64,000 bases of DNA. It comes from Octopus sinensis. Taxonomy: Eukaryota. The first letter of the stretch is position 1. Every line of letters begins with the position of its first letter. Below the pieces are notes generated by a model. It made no database searches and was not told where the DNA came from. It worked only from the letters and a program-made list of their open reading frames with translations. The stretch lies in NCBI RefSeq assembly GCF_006345805.1, contig NC_043008.1, positions 37,882,001-37,946,000 on the forward strand, in the 5' to 3' direction. This document shows positions 11,879-24,182 of the stretch, one piece after another. A program made the translations under genes and the position numbers.

Positions 11879-12503
11879 AATGATGAAATGATTCCAATCT
11901 CTAACATCAATGAGGGTAAAACTTTTCTCAATCTGATGGAAAAGAAAAAAAAGGAAAAAGAAAAAGAAAAACCCCCAGAAATTATACATTCCTAATGCAG
12001 AACATAGTTGTGTTATTTTGGGGGTTTGTTTTGCAACCCCGTGGTGATGCTTTCACTCTCATGTAAGAGAGTAACTTTGCGTTGACTCTGTTGACAAGTG
12101 CTGGGTGTTATGGAATTTTCATAAAAGAATACGAAGATGGTTTCCATTGCCTTCCTTAACTTATTTCTTTAACAAGGCACCTTACAAGATGCCATACTGT
12201 CAGTATGATCCAGACAAGTTTCCTAAATCAGAATGTAAAGAGCAGGAACAAATCCCAGAAATCATTTTGCCTGTACTCTAATAGATCTGCCCACCATCCA
12301 CTGCCCTAAACTGGTACTTTATATTACAGTCACTGGAACAATGAAAGGCAAAGTCGCCTTTGGTGTGATTTGAACTCCCACTACAATCCTTCTACATGTG
12401 TATAACGTCCCTCGCCCCCGCCTCTTCTGAGCCTATTTTTTCCCATGCCATGATGAGCTGGTGCCATTGTCAGTGCATTGGATAAAAAGCCTAGAAGCAT
12501 TTA

Positions 12504-12906
12504 CTCTTTTACTCTTTTACTTGTTTCAGTCATTTGATTGTGGCCATTCTGGAGCACTGCCTTTAGTCAAGCAAATCGACCCCAGAACTTATTCTTTGTA
12601 AGCCTAGTACTTATTCTATCAGTCTTTTTTGCTGAACTGCCAAGTTACAGGGATGTAAACACACCACCATTGGTTGTCAAGCGATGCTGGGGGGACAAAC
12701 ACAGACACACAAACATATACATACATATATATATACATATATACGACGGGCTTCTTTCAGTTTCCATCTTCCAAATCCATTCACAAGGCTTTGGTCGGCC
12801 CAAGGCTATAATAGAAGACACTTGCACAAGGTGCTATGCAGTAGAACTGAACCTGGAATCATCTGGTTGGTAAGCAAGCTACTTACCACACATCCATTCC
12901 TGTGCC
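12504..12906 (-). mobile_element. SINE family A, full length
   Basis: Same blocks as 9591-9995. Confidence 0.9.
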
Positions 12907-13539
12907 TAGATCTTCAAGATCTTTACATTCTCAGTTCAAATTCAATCAAGATCTACTTCACTTTTCCTCCTTTTGGAAGATTAATAAAATAAGTATCAAC
13001 TGAGCACTAGGATTGATTTAATCGACTTGCAAATGCTGTCAAAATTGCTGGCCTTGTGTCAAATTTAGAAAGAATGTCACTTTTATCAGGAGGGTAAAAG
13101 AGATTCTAAAACATATTATATCAGCCAGGATGTCATGAGATATGTTTGAAGGTTATACTTTTTACAATCACAACAATGGAACATAATTAAAGACATAATT
13201 GAAATCTTTAACATAATGAAGATCATTCAATGCATGCATTAGAAGAAAGACTTGAATGGAATGTCAAATTCCCACAGATTAAAGATTAACATGGCATTGA
13301 TTTTACTCCCTATCAAGAGATTGCAGATTTAAAGACCAGTGAACTTCTTCTAGTACAAGGTTGTTATTTTTATTTTAGACCTTGCTACATTAGCAAAACA
13401 TTCTCAATTGCATTCACAAAAGCCTCTCCAGGTAACTGGCAAACCTTCACAAACATGCTGCTATTTGTACACTGATATACTGTACGTATCTTTCATCAGT
13501 CTTTCTCACAACTACTACAATATTTCTAGTCCTTTGAGC

Positions 13540-14255
13540 CATCAACTTTACCTTTTACTGCTCTGGCAACTTTCATGCTTGGATGGTGCTCTTAGCACTC
13601 CACTAGCACAGATGCCAGTCATCAAATTTGATTTCGATTTCGATTTCACTTGTCTCAACAGGTCATTGCAAGCAGAGTTTAGTGTCCAATGAAGGAAAGG
13701 TATGCATAAGTGGGCTGGTTACACCCCTGGCATAGGCCCCCTGGTTATGATCTCATTTGGCTTGCCGTGTCTTCTCAAGCACACCATATTTCCAAAAGTC
13801 TCGGTCACTAGCCATTGTCTCGGTGAGGCCTAATGTTCGAAGGTCATGCTTCACCACTTCATCCCAGGTCTTCCTGGGTCTACCTCTTCCACAGGTTCCC
13901 TCAACTGCTAGGGTGTGGCACTTTTTCACACAGCTATCCTCATCCATTCTTGCCACATGACCATACCAGCACAGTTGTCTCTCTTGCACACCACATCTGA
14001 TGCTTCTTAGGTCCAACTTTTCTCTCAAGGTACTTACACTCTGTTGAGTATGCACACTGACATTACACATCCATCGGATCATACTGGCTTCATTCTTTGC
14101 GAACTTACGCATGTCCTCAGCAGTCACAGCCCATGTTTCACTGCCATGTAGCATGGCTGTTCATACACATGCGTTATACAATCTACCTTTTACTCTGAGT
14201 GAGAGGCCCTTTATCACCGGCAGAGGAAAGAGCTCTCTGAACTTTGCCCAGGCTA
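13540..14255 (-). mobile_element. 5'-truncated RTE-clade LINE (ORF2 C-terminus plus 3' UTR)
   Basis: ORF 13753..14154 has GSETW, LCWYGHVARM and GRGRPRKTW motifs typical of RTE ORF2 C-termini; its 3' UTR matches the tails at 40535-41095 and 56340-56906. Confidence 0.9.
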
Positions 14256-14596
14256 TTCTTACACACACGTACACACACACACACACGCACACACACATTA
14301 TGCATGTATATGTACATGGTTCCTGCTATAATTGTGTCTCTTCCATTACTTCTTCATCTACCACACTCTCAACTTCACCAGATCGGGTAGAACTAAGAAC
14401 GAGCAAGAGAACTGATCCTACTCTCCAGAATAAAATAACAAAAAGCAAAAATTTAAAGAAAAGAAATGAGAAAAAAAACAGAAAAAAAATAAATGTATAA
14501 AAAAATAGAATACAATGTCTACTCCAGACAAATCTCAGTTTAGAGGAAGAAAATAAAATAATAAGACAGTAATACATTTCAGACTGTTAATCTTAC

Positions 14597-14603
14597 CTTT
14601 TAG
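14597..14603 (-). CDS. Candidate 7-nt microexon CTAAAAG (LK, phase 0->1)
   Basis: Minus strand reads tttttttttttatatag|CTAAAAG|gtaaga, with branch-point-like cactaac about 47 nt upstream (14657-14651). Confidence 0.4.
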
Positions 14604-14866
14604 CTATATAAAAAAAAAAATTATATTTACTTCTACACTATGTTTCAAGTGTTAGTGAATAACTTATTCTTGGATGTATGTATATAATAGCAGACTGGAT
14701 TAAAACTTGGGGCATCTATTTCTAAACTAAAGCTAACAATGTTTTTCATTTTGTATTTGTTTTGGAAGAATTTTGATTTGAAATTGTGTGTTGTAACATA
14801 TGTGGTCTTAAAGAGAGAGAGGCGATGACATTAATAAAAAAAAAAAACACTTACTTTTTACAATTA

Positions 14867-15255
14867 CTAACAGTATCGCCCGGCGTTGCTTGGGTTTGTT
14901 TCAACCCTTCAGAATTGGAATTTTTGAAAAGTAAAAACTTTGCATTATGTAACTTGTTATTCTCTTTAAGCGAACATTTTTCTGGTTGAAATACACCATA
15001 AAATGGCGACACAGCAGTCAAAAAATCGTAAGAAATAGGGATTTTCATAGAAAAAAAGCACCTTTTTGATGTAAATAATTTTTGGTGTTAACATGGTTCG
15101 ATTTGAATATTTTTTCTATGGAAGGAAAAGCAAGCCTTCTTCTATCATACTCTCAATTTTGGTCAACTTGCGCCACAGGGTCTCAGAGGAGATAGTGTTA
15201 GTTGAAGGCTACCAAACCTGCCATACACAGACAACTTCAGCTTTATATATATAGA
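14867..15255 (-). mobile_element. Non-autonomous Helitron
   Basis: Minus strand starts A|TCTATATATATAAAGCTGAAG and ends CCCAAGCAACGCCGGG (hairpin)-CGATACTG-TTAG|T, i.e. 5'-TC, 3' hairpin plus CTAG-like end, inserted in an A|T site with no TSD. Confidence 0.85.
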
Positions 15256-15270
15256 TAAGGATAACATGTA

Positions 15271-15371
15271 AAGTCGATTTTCACAGAATTTGAACTCAGA
15301 ATGTAAAACCTGGAGAAATTCACCTAAGCATTTGTCCTGCATGTTAACGATCTTACCAGCTCACCACCTTA
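15271..15371 (-). mobile_element. SINE family B, 5' fragment
   Basis: Reverse complement of the family B head up to aaagtcgactt. Confidence 0.75.
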
Positions 15372-15393
15372 CTTCAATAATAATAAAAAGAGG

Positions 15394-15830
15394 AAGGTAG
15401 TGAGCTGGCAGAAATGTTAGCATGCTGGGTGAAATGCTTAGTGGTATTTCATCTGCCATTATGTTCTGAATTCAAATTCCACCAAAGTCGACTTTGCCTT
15501 TCATCCTTTTGGGGTCGATAAATTAAGTACCAGTTAGGCACTGGGGTCGATGTAATCGACTTAATCCATTTGCCTGTCCTTGTCTGACCCCCCTATGTTT
15601 AGCCCCTTGTGGGCAATAAAGAAATAAGAAACGTTTGCATGCCAGATGAAATCCTTAGTGGTATATCATCTGTCTTTATATTCTGAGTTCCAATTCAGCC
15701 AAGGTCAACTTTACCTTTCATTCTTTCGGGGTCGATAAATTAAGTACCAGTTGTGTACTGGAGTCAATCTAATCGATTGGCTCCCTCCCCCAAAATTTTG
15801 GGCCTTGTACCAAGAGTAGAAAAGAATAAT
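15394..15830 (+). mobile_element. SINE family B followed by a second B-related unit with a different tail
   Basis: Full unit to about 15630, then a repeat of the body (gagttc.aattc...ggggtcgataaattaagtaccag) ending in ccccaaaattttgggccttgtacc. Confidence 0.85.
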
Positions 15831-16387
15831 AAAAAGAGATTATAAAGTTGAGTGTCTGTGTTGTTACTTTTTGTTTAAAATTGTAGATTACTCTTCTGAA
15901 ACTTGTCAAAAGCTTTAACATCAAGAAACATTCATACAATAACAAGAAAAAAAGAAAGGCTGTATAATTATTATATATGGTCCACAATATAATAAGGTAC
16001 AGAAACGTGAATACTGATGAATACCTTATCTGATACACTAAAGAATTTAGATGTGGACATGCAGTAGAATATTTAGAATATGTTGAACAAAACATAAAAC
16101 TAAGTGCTACAGCTAGCAAATACAAAAGAATCATTACTCTCGACTATTAAAAAAGGTAAATAAAGTACTTTGGTTACATAATAAGAGCACAAGATATAGA
16201 AGTACTGTCACTAGGAGGAAAGATAGATAAAAGGAAGAGGAAGAGCAAGAACAAGCTGGTTTGATAACATTAAAGATTGGACTTAAATGTCATGCAGTGA
16301 ATGTGTAAGAATTGGCAGAGAAAAAAAGCCAAAAGTGGAGATCCTTGATATTCAATCTGCTGAGAACGGATGACATGTGATGATGCT

Positions 16388-16430
<43 letters not shown>

Positions 16431-16948
16431 TGATGATGGTTTCAAATCCAGTTTGGTTCTATGTACCAGTCTTGGAATAAGATACCCGATGACAATGAAA
16501 TGAAGTGTAGAAGTAAATACTGACAAAAAATAAATAAATAAAATGCGATAAAAAAATAAATGAAAATAAAAAAGAACAAATAAATATTTATAAAAAAAAA
16601 TTGTAATCTCTAAAAAGGAAGCTAATAGTCTGAAAAATTATAATCTTATTACCAAAAACTAATCTTAGATATTTAGATATTTAATCAAATGAAAATGGTA
16701 TTAGACAGTTTGTCTGACTTTCCGTCATTACCAATATAATACTACAGTGAATTCAAATAACCGTACACCCTCCTATTTATAAGGTTTTCTTAGTACTAAG
16801 AAGAAGAATTGGTCATTGTTGAAATGAAAAAAATAATAAATAAACATAAAAGACTGAACCAAGGAATATAACAAAAACTTTTTTTATTTTTTATGTGTAT
16901 TCTGTAAATGGTCGGAATACAAAATACCATTTAACTTACGTTTTCCAG

Positions 16949-16967
16949 TGGACAGCTCCTACCAAAG
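16949..16967 (+). CDS. Plus-strand 19-nt microexon candidate (TGGACAGCTCCTACCAAAG)
   Basis: ccatttaacttacgttttccag|19 nt|gtaagt; consensus-quality splice sites, all three frames open. Confidence 0.3.
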
Positions 16968-17048
16968 GTAAGTAGACTTTGGACATAGTTGTTCTACATT
17001 TTATATTGGCAGGAATAGCATAAATTTAATCTTCTACAGTAAAGGTAG

Positions 17049-17082
<34 letters not shown>

Positions 17083-17290
17083 TTGTTCTTTTAGTGAACA
17101 TTTTACAATGATAGCCTATATTTGATAGATACTTATTATTGACACATTGTTTTACAGCTTACTTGCTTTCTAATAAGGGATCTTTCATTTCATTCAGCTT
17201 TACAGTGCAACAAGAAAATATGCAATAATGTGTACATATATTTATATATATATATGTGTGTGTATGTGTATATATATATATATACGTACA

Positions 17291-17326
<36 letters not shown>

Positions 17327-17460
17327 ATATATATATACATATAGATACAAATACACGATCCAGAGATCGAGGTGTAGGAAGAAAATTAGCTTCAAGCAAT
17401 CCATAGTAAATATTAAAAAAAAATTCAGGGACAATAGTGGCTGTCTTTGGCCTGAAGAGT

Positions 17461-18660
17461 AGCTTCTATTAAATCCTATGTCCCACATCATGGGTCTCCA
17501 CATTTAGTAACTTGCGTCATTTCTTCCTCTGATACAAATCTTGCTGTGGTTAGAAGTTCTTTAAGATTTGCTGGTTGCCTTCAGCTGTTGATTATTTGTC
17601 AGAGACATGGGAACTGGTGTAGAATTGGTAGAGGCTGTTTGGCTGTTTGGCTGTTTGTAGAATATTGTGGTTCTTAGGATTGTGGGTGATAACAAATGGG
17701 ATATTTTTATGTTCATTTTACTATTTATCCTCGGTGTGAGTGTTTTTGTCTTCTTAGTGTAGAGATTGGTATATTTTAGCTTCAGTTGTCAATTGGTCTA
17801 TTAGTTTGGTGGAGTATTTTTGTTTTTTAAAGAAGACGTTTTGCAGGACTTAACTTGTTCCTTAAAAAACAAAAATAGCTCACCAAACTCACAATCCCAA
17901 GAACTACAATATTCTACAAACAGCCAAACGCCTTCTACCGATTGTACATCAGTTCCAATGTCTCTGACAAATAATCAAGGAACAACAAATAATCAACAGC
18001 CGAAGGCAGCCACCAAACATTAAGAAACTTCTAACCAAGCAAGATTTGAATCAGAGGAAAAAATAACACAAGTTACCAAATGTGGAGACCCATGATTTGG
18101 GACATTTGATTTATAATAGAACAGGGCTCAGCCAAAAAATTCAAAAATAGAAGAGAATTAAAGGTGAATGCAAATATGAACTGTAAAAGCAAAAACCTGA
18201 TATATTGTATCACATGCCCACGATGCAACGAACAGTATATTGGGGAAACAAAAACGAAACTAACCAACCTGGTAAATAAAACGTCCCATACTTAGATGCA
18301 TACCAGGTAGTGATAATTTAGACACCTGTGCACAAGGAAAATCTACAATTTTCCCTCTTCGTGAAATAAATGAAGAGAATGACCTTCTCCGGAAGGCAAC
18401 AGAAAAATATTTCGTAAGATTTCCGAGTCTGAAACTAAACCAGAAATAATCGGCAACAATTTTACTGAAAACAACTTTCACTCTATGTAATAACACGTGC
18501 TTGAAAACGTTAAGGACTGAAAGCGCTTGCACATCTATAAAAGCAAAGCCCACACACATTTAGAGAAATCTCTTTCCAAAGATTAGTGTCTTTTGACTTT
18601 CTAAAAAGGCTCTCTTTTCAATATTAACTCTTTGAGGAAAAATTTTCTCTCCAAATATTA
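17461..18660 (+). mobile_element. Penelope-like element remnant with GIY-YIG endonuclease and inverted 5' duplication
   Basis: From 18176 reads MNCKSKNLIYCITCPRCNEQYIGETKTKL (GIY-YIG), preceded by a decayed C-x5-C-x2-C motif (VTKCGDP*) and followed by IFP...R...EKYF...LN*. 17461-17830 is an inverted copy of 17857-18127. Confidence 0.88.
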
Positions 18661-18690
18661 TAACTGTATCAAGAAATATCCAAAACACTC

Positions 18691-18735
<45 letters not shown>

Positions 18736-18899
18736 CTGTTCATGGTGAAGGTGGGAGTCTGGATGGCTCCTGTGCAAAGACAATCTGACCATATATATAT
18801 ATATCATCATTATCATCATCATTTAACATGGAAAGCGGACGTTAAATGATGATGATGATGATGATGATATATATATATTATATATATATATATATATAT

Positions 18900-19750
18900 G
18901 GTCAGATTGTCTTTGCACAGGAGCCATCCAGACTCCCACCTTCACCATGAACAGGAATTAATCTTCTCTCCTTGTTCCGTTGCACCACATGGGCTCAAAT
19001 CCCCTCCTCTCTTCATCTGATACCTACTTCCTCTCTTCACTTCTACTCACCTCTCCTCTCCTCTCTTCACTTCTACCCATCACTCCTCTCCTCTCTTCCT
19101 TGACACCTATTTACTCTCTTCATTCCTACTCACCTTCTCTCTTCATTGATACCCCTCTACCCACACCCCACACCCACACACCCCACTCCCACATACCCTA
19201 CTCGCACATACCCCTACCTACTCCCACCCTCATCCTTACCACATCCACACCCCATAGCACCACAGTACATCACCCCACCCCACACTACTCCGCATACACC
19301 AGCACTGACCACTTCCTAGCAGCGACACCAGGCACCATCATCTGCATACCCACATGCCCACACACCATCATCCACGCACCCACACACTTACACATGCACA
19401 CATCCCTTCATCAAAGTCACTAGCCCATGTCCAACCACACACACACACACACTTACCCATTCTCACATATACACACATGCACGTGCACCCTCGTTTTAGA
19501 ATCACCAACACTTTATTAGCTCCATTTCTTTCTACCTCCCCTGTCCAGCCTTTTTTTCCTCAACCAGTTGCCATGTGTGATCGCTAAATCCACAAGTTTT
19601 TTATTCTCTCCCTGTTTATTTTCTTTTATTCCTCTCTGTTGAGGAGCATAGGTTTGAAACATAAATGACTCCTCCACTTTCCCAAGTGTTAAACAAATAC
19701 ACCCGCTTGTTATTCATACACCTGTGTTTGTCTTTTGTTTTTCTGTAAAT
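18900..19750 (+). mobile_element. Second PLE remnant (Neptune-like GIY-YIG C-terminus, low-complexity spacer, terminal segment)
   Basis: Reads LSLHRSHPDSHLHHEQELIFSPCSVAPHGL, resembling EQ.LIF.LG.L.P.GLN; ends with hammerhead-like ctgttgaggagcataggtttgaaac and runs into (TA)n. Confidence 0.6.
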
Positions 19751-19756
19751 TTCAAC

Positions 19757-19808
<52 letters not shown>

Positions 19809-21429
19809 ACGAGTATGTTTGTGTTTATATATATTTAATATTAAACTGAAGGATTACATAATAATTTTTAGATTCATTAAATTTTTGCTTGCTTGCCTTC
19901 GTCAGATTGTCTGACAAAAGCAACAAGCTGCACATATATATATGTGTGTGTGCGTGTGCGTGTGTGTGTGTATATGCATATATATGTATGTATTTATATA
20001 TATATTTACAAATATGTGTGTATATATATTTATGTATGAATATATATATGTAAATATATATTATATACATACCCAGACACAAACTAACACATATCTACAT
20101 ATATGAATATATATATATACACACACACATTCACATACACACATGCATATACAAGTATTCATATACACACACGCGTACACACATATACATGTATGAATAC
20201 ATATATATATACATACATATATATATATTTACATATATATACAGACACATATTTGTATATAGATTCTATGAATCCATATATTATACTACAATATGTATGC
20301 ATATATATATATACACATATTCACATACACACATGCATATTCAAGTATGTACATACACACACGCATGCACACACACACACATACAAACACACACAGATAA
20401 ACACACACACAGACACATGCACATATATCAGAAACATGCCTTTTGTTGGATAAGCTGAACAATTTTAAATACATGGATACATACATAATAATTATCTGAA
20501 GTTATTGTATGGCAGAAATAGCATGGTCTGAGAATATGCAAAACCTTAATGCAATGCATACAGCTACCTAATTCAACTAGATTTCACATGAAGTATAATT
20601 CTGGAAATAATGCCATGAAAGAAAAGAAACATCACAGTTTATCTAAATAACTAATAAGATTGACTAGGAAATATCCATTTTTGTAGAATATTAAATATAA
20701 TATACAACAGAAGATTCACAAATTTTGGCATAATTTTCTTTCAGTCTTTTCTTGAAGTCTTATCTTGAAGTTTTAAATTTCAAACAAGTATTACAGTGAA
20801 ATTTGAATGTAAAAGATATTGTATGTGTTTGGTAGTTTGCAATATGGTAAATTTAATTCATTTAGTAAACTTAGTTTAAAAATTATAACTTCAACCTGAT
20901 AAATACATTGTGTTTGTGAATGTTTTATCTTAAGATATGTGGTTTAATTTAATACTCATAGAAATCTGAGTGAATGCATATTCAAATGGATAATGAAGTT
21001 GATGATAACGATAATAATGACTCTGATGATGATGATGATGTTGATGACGTTGAGGAGGACAATGATAACATTACAAATTGTGATGATGATGATGATGATG
21101 ATGACAATGATAAGTTTATAGAAGCAGTTTAATATGCTTACTGCTCATATATTAACAGATTCCACAGAGAATGAATGAACGGTGAATAAATCCATATCGT
21201 CGTCATCGTCGTCATCATTGTCATTATCATCATTGTCATCGTCGTCGTTGTCATCATCATAATCGTCATCATCACCATCATCATCAACATCATCATTTTC
21301 ATCGTCGTAATCATCATTATCCTCGTTTTATATTCAGCCTTATCTTCAAATTCATTTTATTATAATCTGATATTGATATCATTTTCGTAATCCTCCTCGT
21401 TGTTGTCAGCTTTTTCTTCCCCAACAATC

Positions 21430-21492
21430 TAATATATATATATATAATATATATATATATATATAATATATATATATGTATATGTATATATA

Positions 21493-21526
<34 letters not shown>

Positions 21527-21602
21527 ATATATATTATATATATATATAGTATATATATATATATAATATATATATATGTATATGTATATATATATATAAT
21601 AA

Positions 21603-21641
<39 letters not shown>

Positions 21642-21700
21642 GTATGTATATATATATATTTATATATATACATGTATATATATATATACATATATATGTC
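21430..21700. repeat. Compound (TA)n microsatellite
   Basis: About 270 bp of interrupted TA repeats; source of the poly-IY ORFs. Confidence 0.95.
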
Positions 21701-21794
21701 TGTGGGTGTGTTAAATAAAATAAGATAACAAGGCCAAGGAAATTTGATATTCCCAGGACATTTAGATACACACACACATACGCACATACATATA

Positions 21795-22200
21795 TGGGCA
21801 TTGGCTACAAAGTTCATAGGCTGACCAAGATACTCTCATGGAATGTGACCAAACAATGTTCAATTTTGAACATATTCTCCCTTGTGGTTGGCGCACTTCT
21901 TCCATTGGTGTTACTATGCTTGGACCCCATTGGTGAAGAAGCTTTCATCCTGCTAGTCAAAAAAGTCATCAACAGCAGATATGATGTCCTCATCATGGTG
22001 ATACTGGTTCCCAGTCAAGTGCTTTTCTATGTTGGAGGGCAGATGATAGTCAAAAGGGGCCAAATCAAGAGAATAGGGAAGCTGATCAAACAGTTCAAAG
22101 CCACAGTCACACACAACCGCGATTGAAACTAAGGACATGTGTGCTGGAGTATTGTTTTGATCAGACAAAACCCCTTTTGTCAGTTTTTTGAAATTCTTCA
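21795..22200 (-). mobile_element. Mariner transposase 3' fragment with TIR remnant
   Basis: ORF 21953..22213 has TPAHMS and LPYSLDLAPFDYHL (YSPDLAP-like); TIR-like ggctacaaagttcataggctgac at about 21800. Confidence 0.85.
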
Positions 22201-22509
22201 GTTTGAGAATCAAATAATATTATTTGATTCTGTGCCTGAAGAATACCTAATAGGAAATTTCTTACATGTTAATCTAGCATGTACAATTTTGTGATTCTTA
22301 TTCACAAGTGAAACATGTAATGCTGAATAAATAAAACCAAAATTTTCCAGATTCTTGATTTGTTATAGAATAACTCTACAGACAATATTTCCAAAATTTT
22401 CAATTCTAATATGTACCTCACATAATGCAACATAAGCAACAACTATAGTGGATTGTAACACTGGAGTAAGCAGATGTTCTTCAACAACAAATCATAGAAT
22501 GGATTATTT

Positions 22510-22568
<59 letters not shown>

Positions 22569-23798
22569 CACACAGGAAAATATAAATATTATTAAAATAA
22601 CATTAATTTCCAGCAAGAATAAAGCACCATATAGGTAGAATTATAAATATATAAAGAAGGTGTACACAAAGTACGATCATTGCTAATTTACAGCTGCTAT
22701 TTCTAACAGTGATCATACTTCGTGTATACCTGCTTTATATATTTATATTTATACAAACACACACACACGCACACAATGGGCTTCTTTCAGTTTTCATCTA
22801 TCAAACCCACTCGTAAGGTTTTGGTTGGCACAAGGCTATTGTAGAAGACACTTGCCCAAGGTCATACAGTGGTACAGAACCTGAAACCATGTGGGCAGAA
22901 GCAAACTTCTAACCACTCAACCAGCCATGCCTGTGCTTTCATACAAGTCTTGCATAGTGTGCTATTATTATTATCATTGTAATCGTCTTCATTATCATCA
23001 TCATGGACCGCATCATCATGGACCACTTTGTCCAAATTATCTATACTTCCATGACTCAGATTAAATTCATTGATGCAGATATTCCTTGACTGGATGTTCT
23101 TCCTTTTGCCAATCCTAACTATTTTCCAATCAAGGTAAATATTTCCTCAAATATTTCCTCAAATCTTTCACACACAACAGCACAATGGCTTGGTATATTT
23201 TCATGGAAGATTGCAAAGAACTGACACTTCTTGAGGCAAAGCTATTTACTATTAGCATGTGATGTTAAGACTAGGAGACACGAAGACTCACACACACACA
23301 TACACACGTGCTCACAATTAAATGCACATGCTCACACTTACACGCACACACGCGCATACACACACACACACACACACGAACAAACACATACACACATACA
23401 TTATAGATACAATGTGTTTCTTTCAGTTTAAGTTTACTGAATGAACTTACAAGGATTTGATTGGCTCAGAGCCATAGAAAAACTTGCCTAAGGTGCTGTG
23501 CAGTGGGACAGAACCTGAAAGTGTGCCATTGACAAGCAAACTTTTTAACTACCATAAAGCTATGCCTACATCTACACAAATTTCTTCAGTATGCAGCCAT
23601 ATCTGCACCTATGTGTGTGTATATCTGTTTGTATGAATTAGTGTGTGTGTGCGTGTGTGTGTTTTTGTGCTAATTTGATTAGCAGGGAATTAATAGCAAA
23701 TTAGTTGTGATTTGATGGAATTAACAGTTTCTTCCAAAAGCCTCTGGGAAGAATACCTAATGTTGACAATTATATTCAATGATTCTTCTCTTCTTTAC

Positions 23799-23851
23799 CC
23801 TAAAGCTGTTGCTGATAGTGATAGAGCATAATGGAATATGGTTGGTGCCAT
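23799..23851 (-). CDS. Candidate 53-nt exon, phase 1->0 (D-GTNHIPLCSITISNSFR)
   Basis: Acceptor tttttctgtggcatatttctgttag, donor AGG|gtaaag. Confidence 0.35.
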
Positions 23852-24042
23852 CTAACAGAAATATGCCACAGAAAAATCTGTGTATCATAAAATAAATGAT
23901 GTGTACAAGAATATAAAAATTTGCTTAATCCCCTTGAAAAATATAGTTTTCATTTTATTAAAAGTAAAGTTGTTCAGAAAATATTATTATTATAATAATG
24001 ATAACAACAGTGACACTACCACTACCACCACCACGAACAACA

Positions 24043-24085
<43 letters not shown>

Positions 24086-24182
24086 GCTGTAGCAGTAGCA
24101 GCAGCATTATTATCATTATTGCATACAACGAATACTGGAAGTTATACACACAACACGTATATATATATATATATATATAAAG

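Noticed and set aside
11969-12030. Short hairpin aaaccccca...tgggggttt
   Set aside because: Only 9 contiguous pairs, an irregular stem and a large loop; within chance for this composition.
13305-13355. Alternative 43-nt minus-strand exon (EVHWSLNLQSLDR) that also bridges phases 1->2
   Set aside because: Weaker donor (GA|gtaaaa) than 7968-7941; recorded to show that phase matching alone is not proof of the gene model.
19825-21817. Many 60-170 aa IY/TH/CV-rich ORFs (also at 37288-38265, 48120-48532, 51226-51680, 60789-61229)
   Set aside because: Dinucleotide and tetranucleotide repeats lack stop codons by construction.
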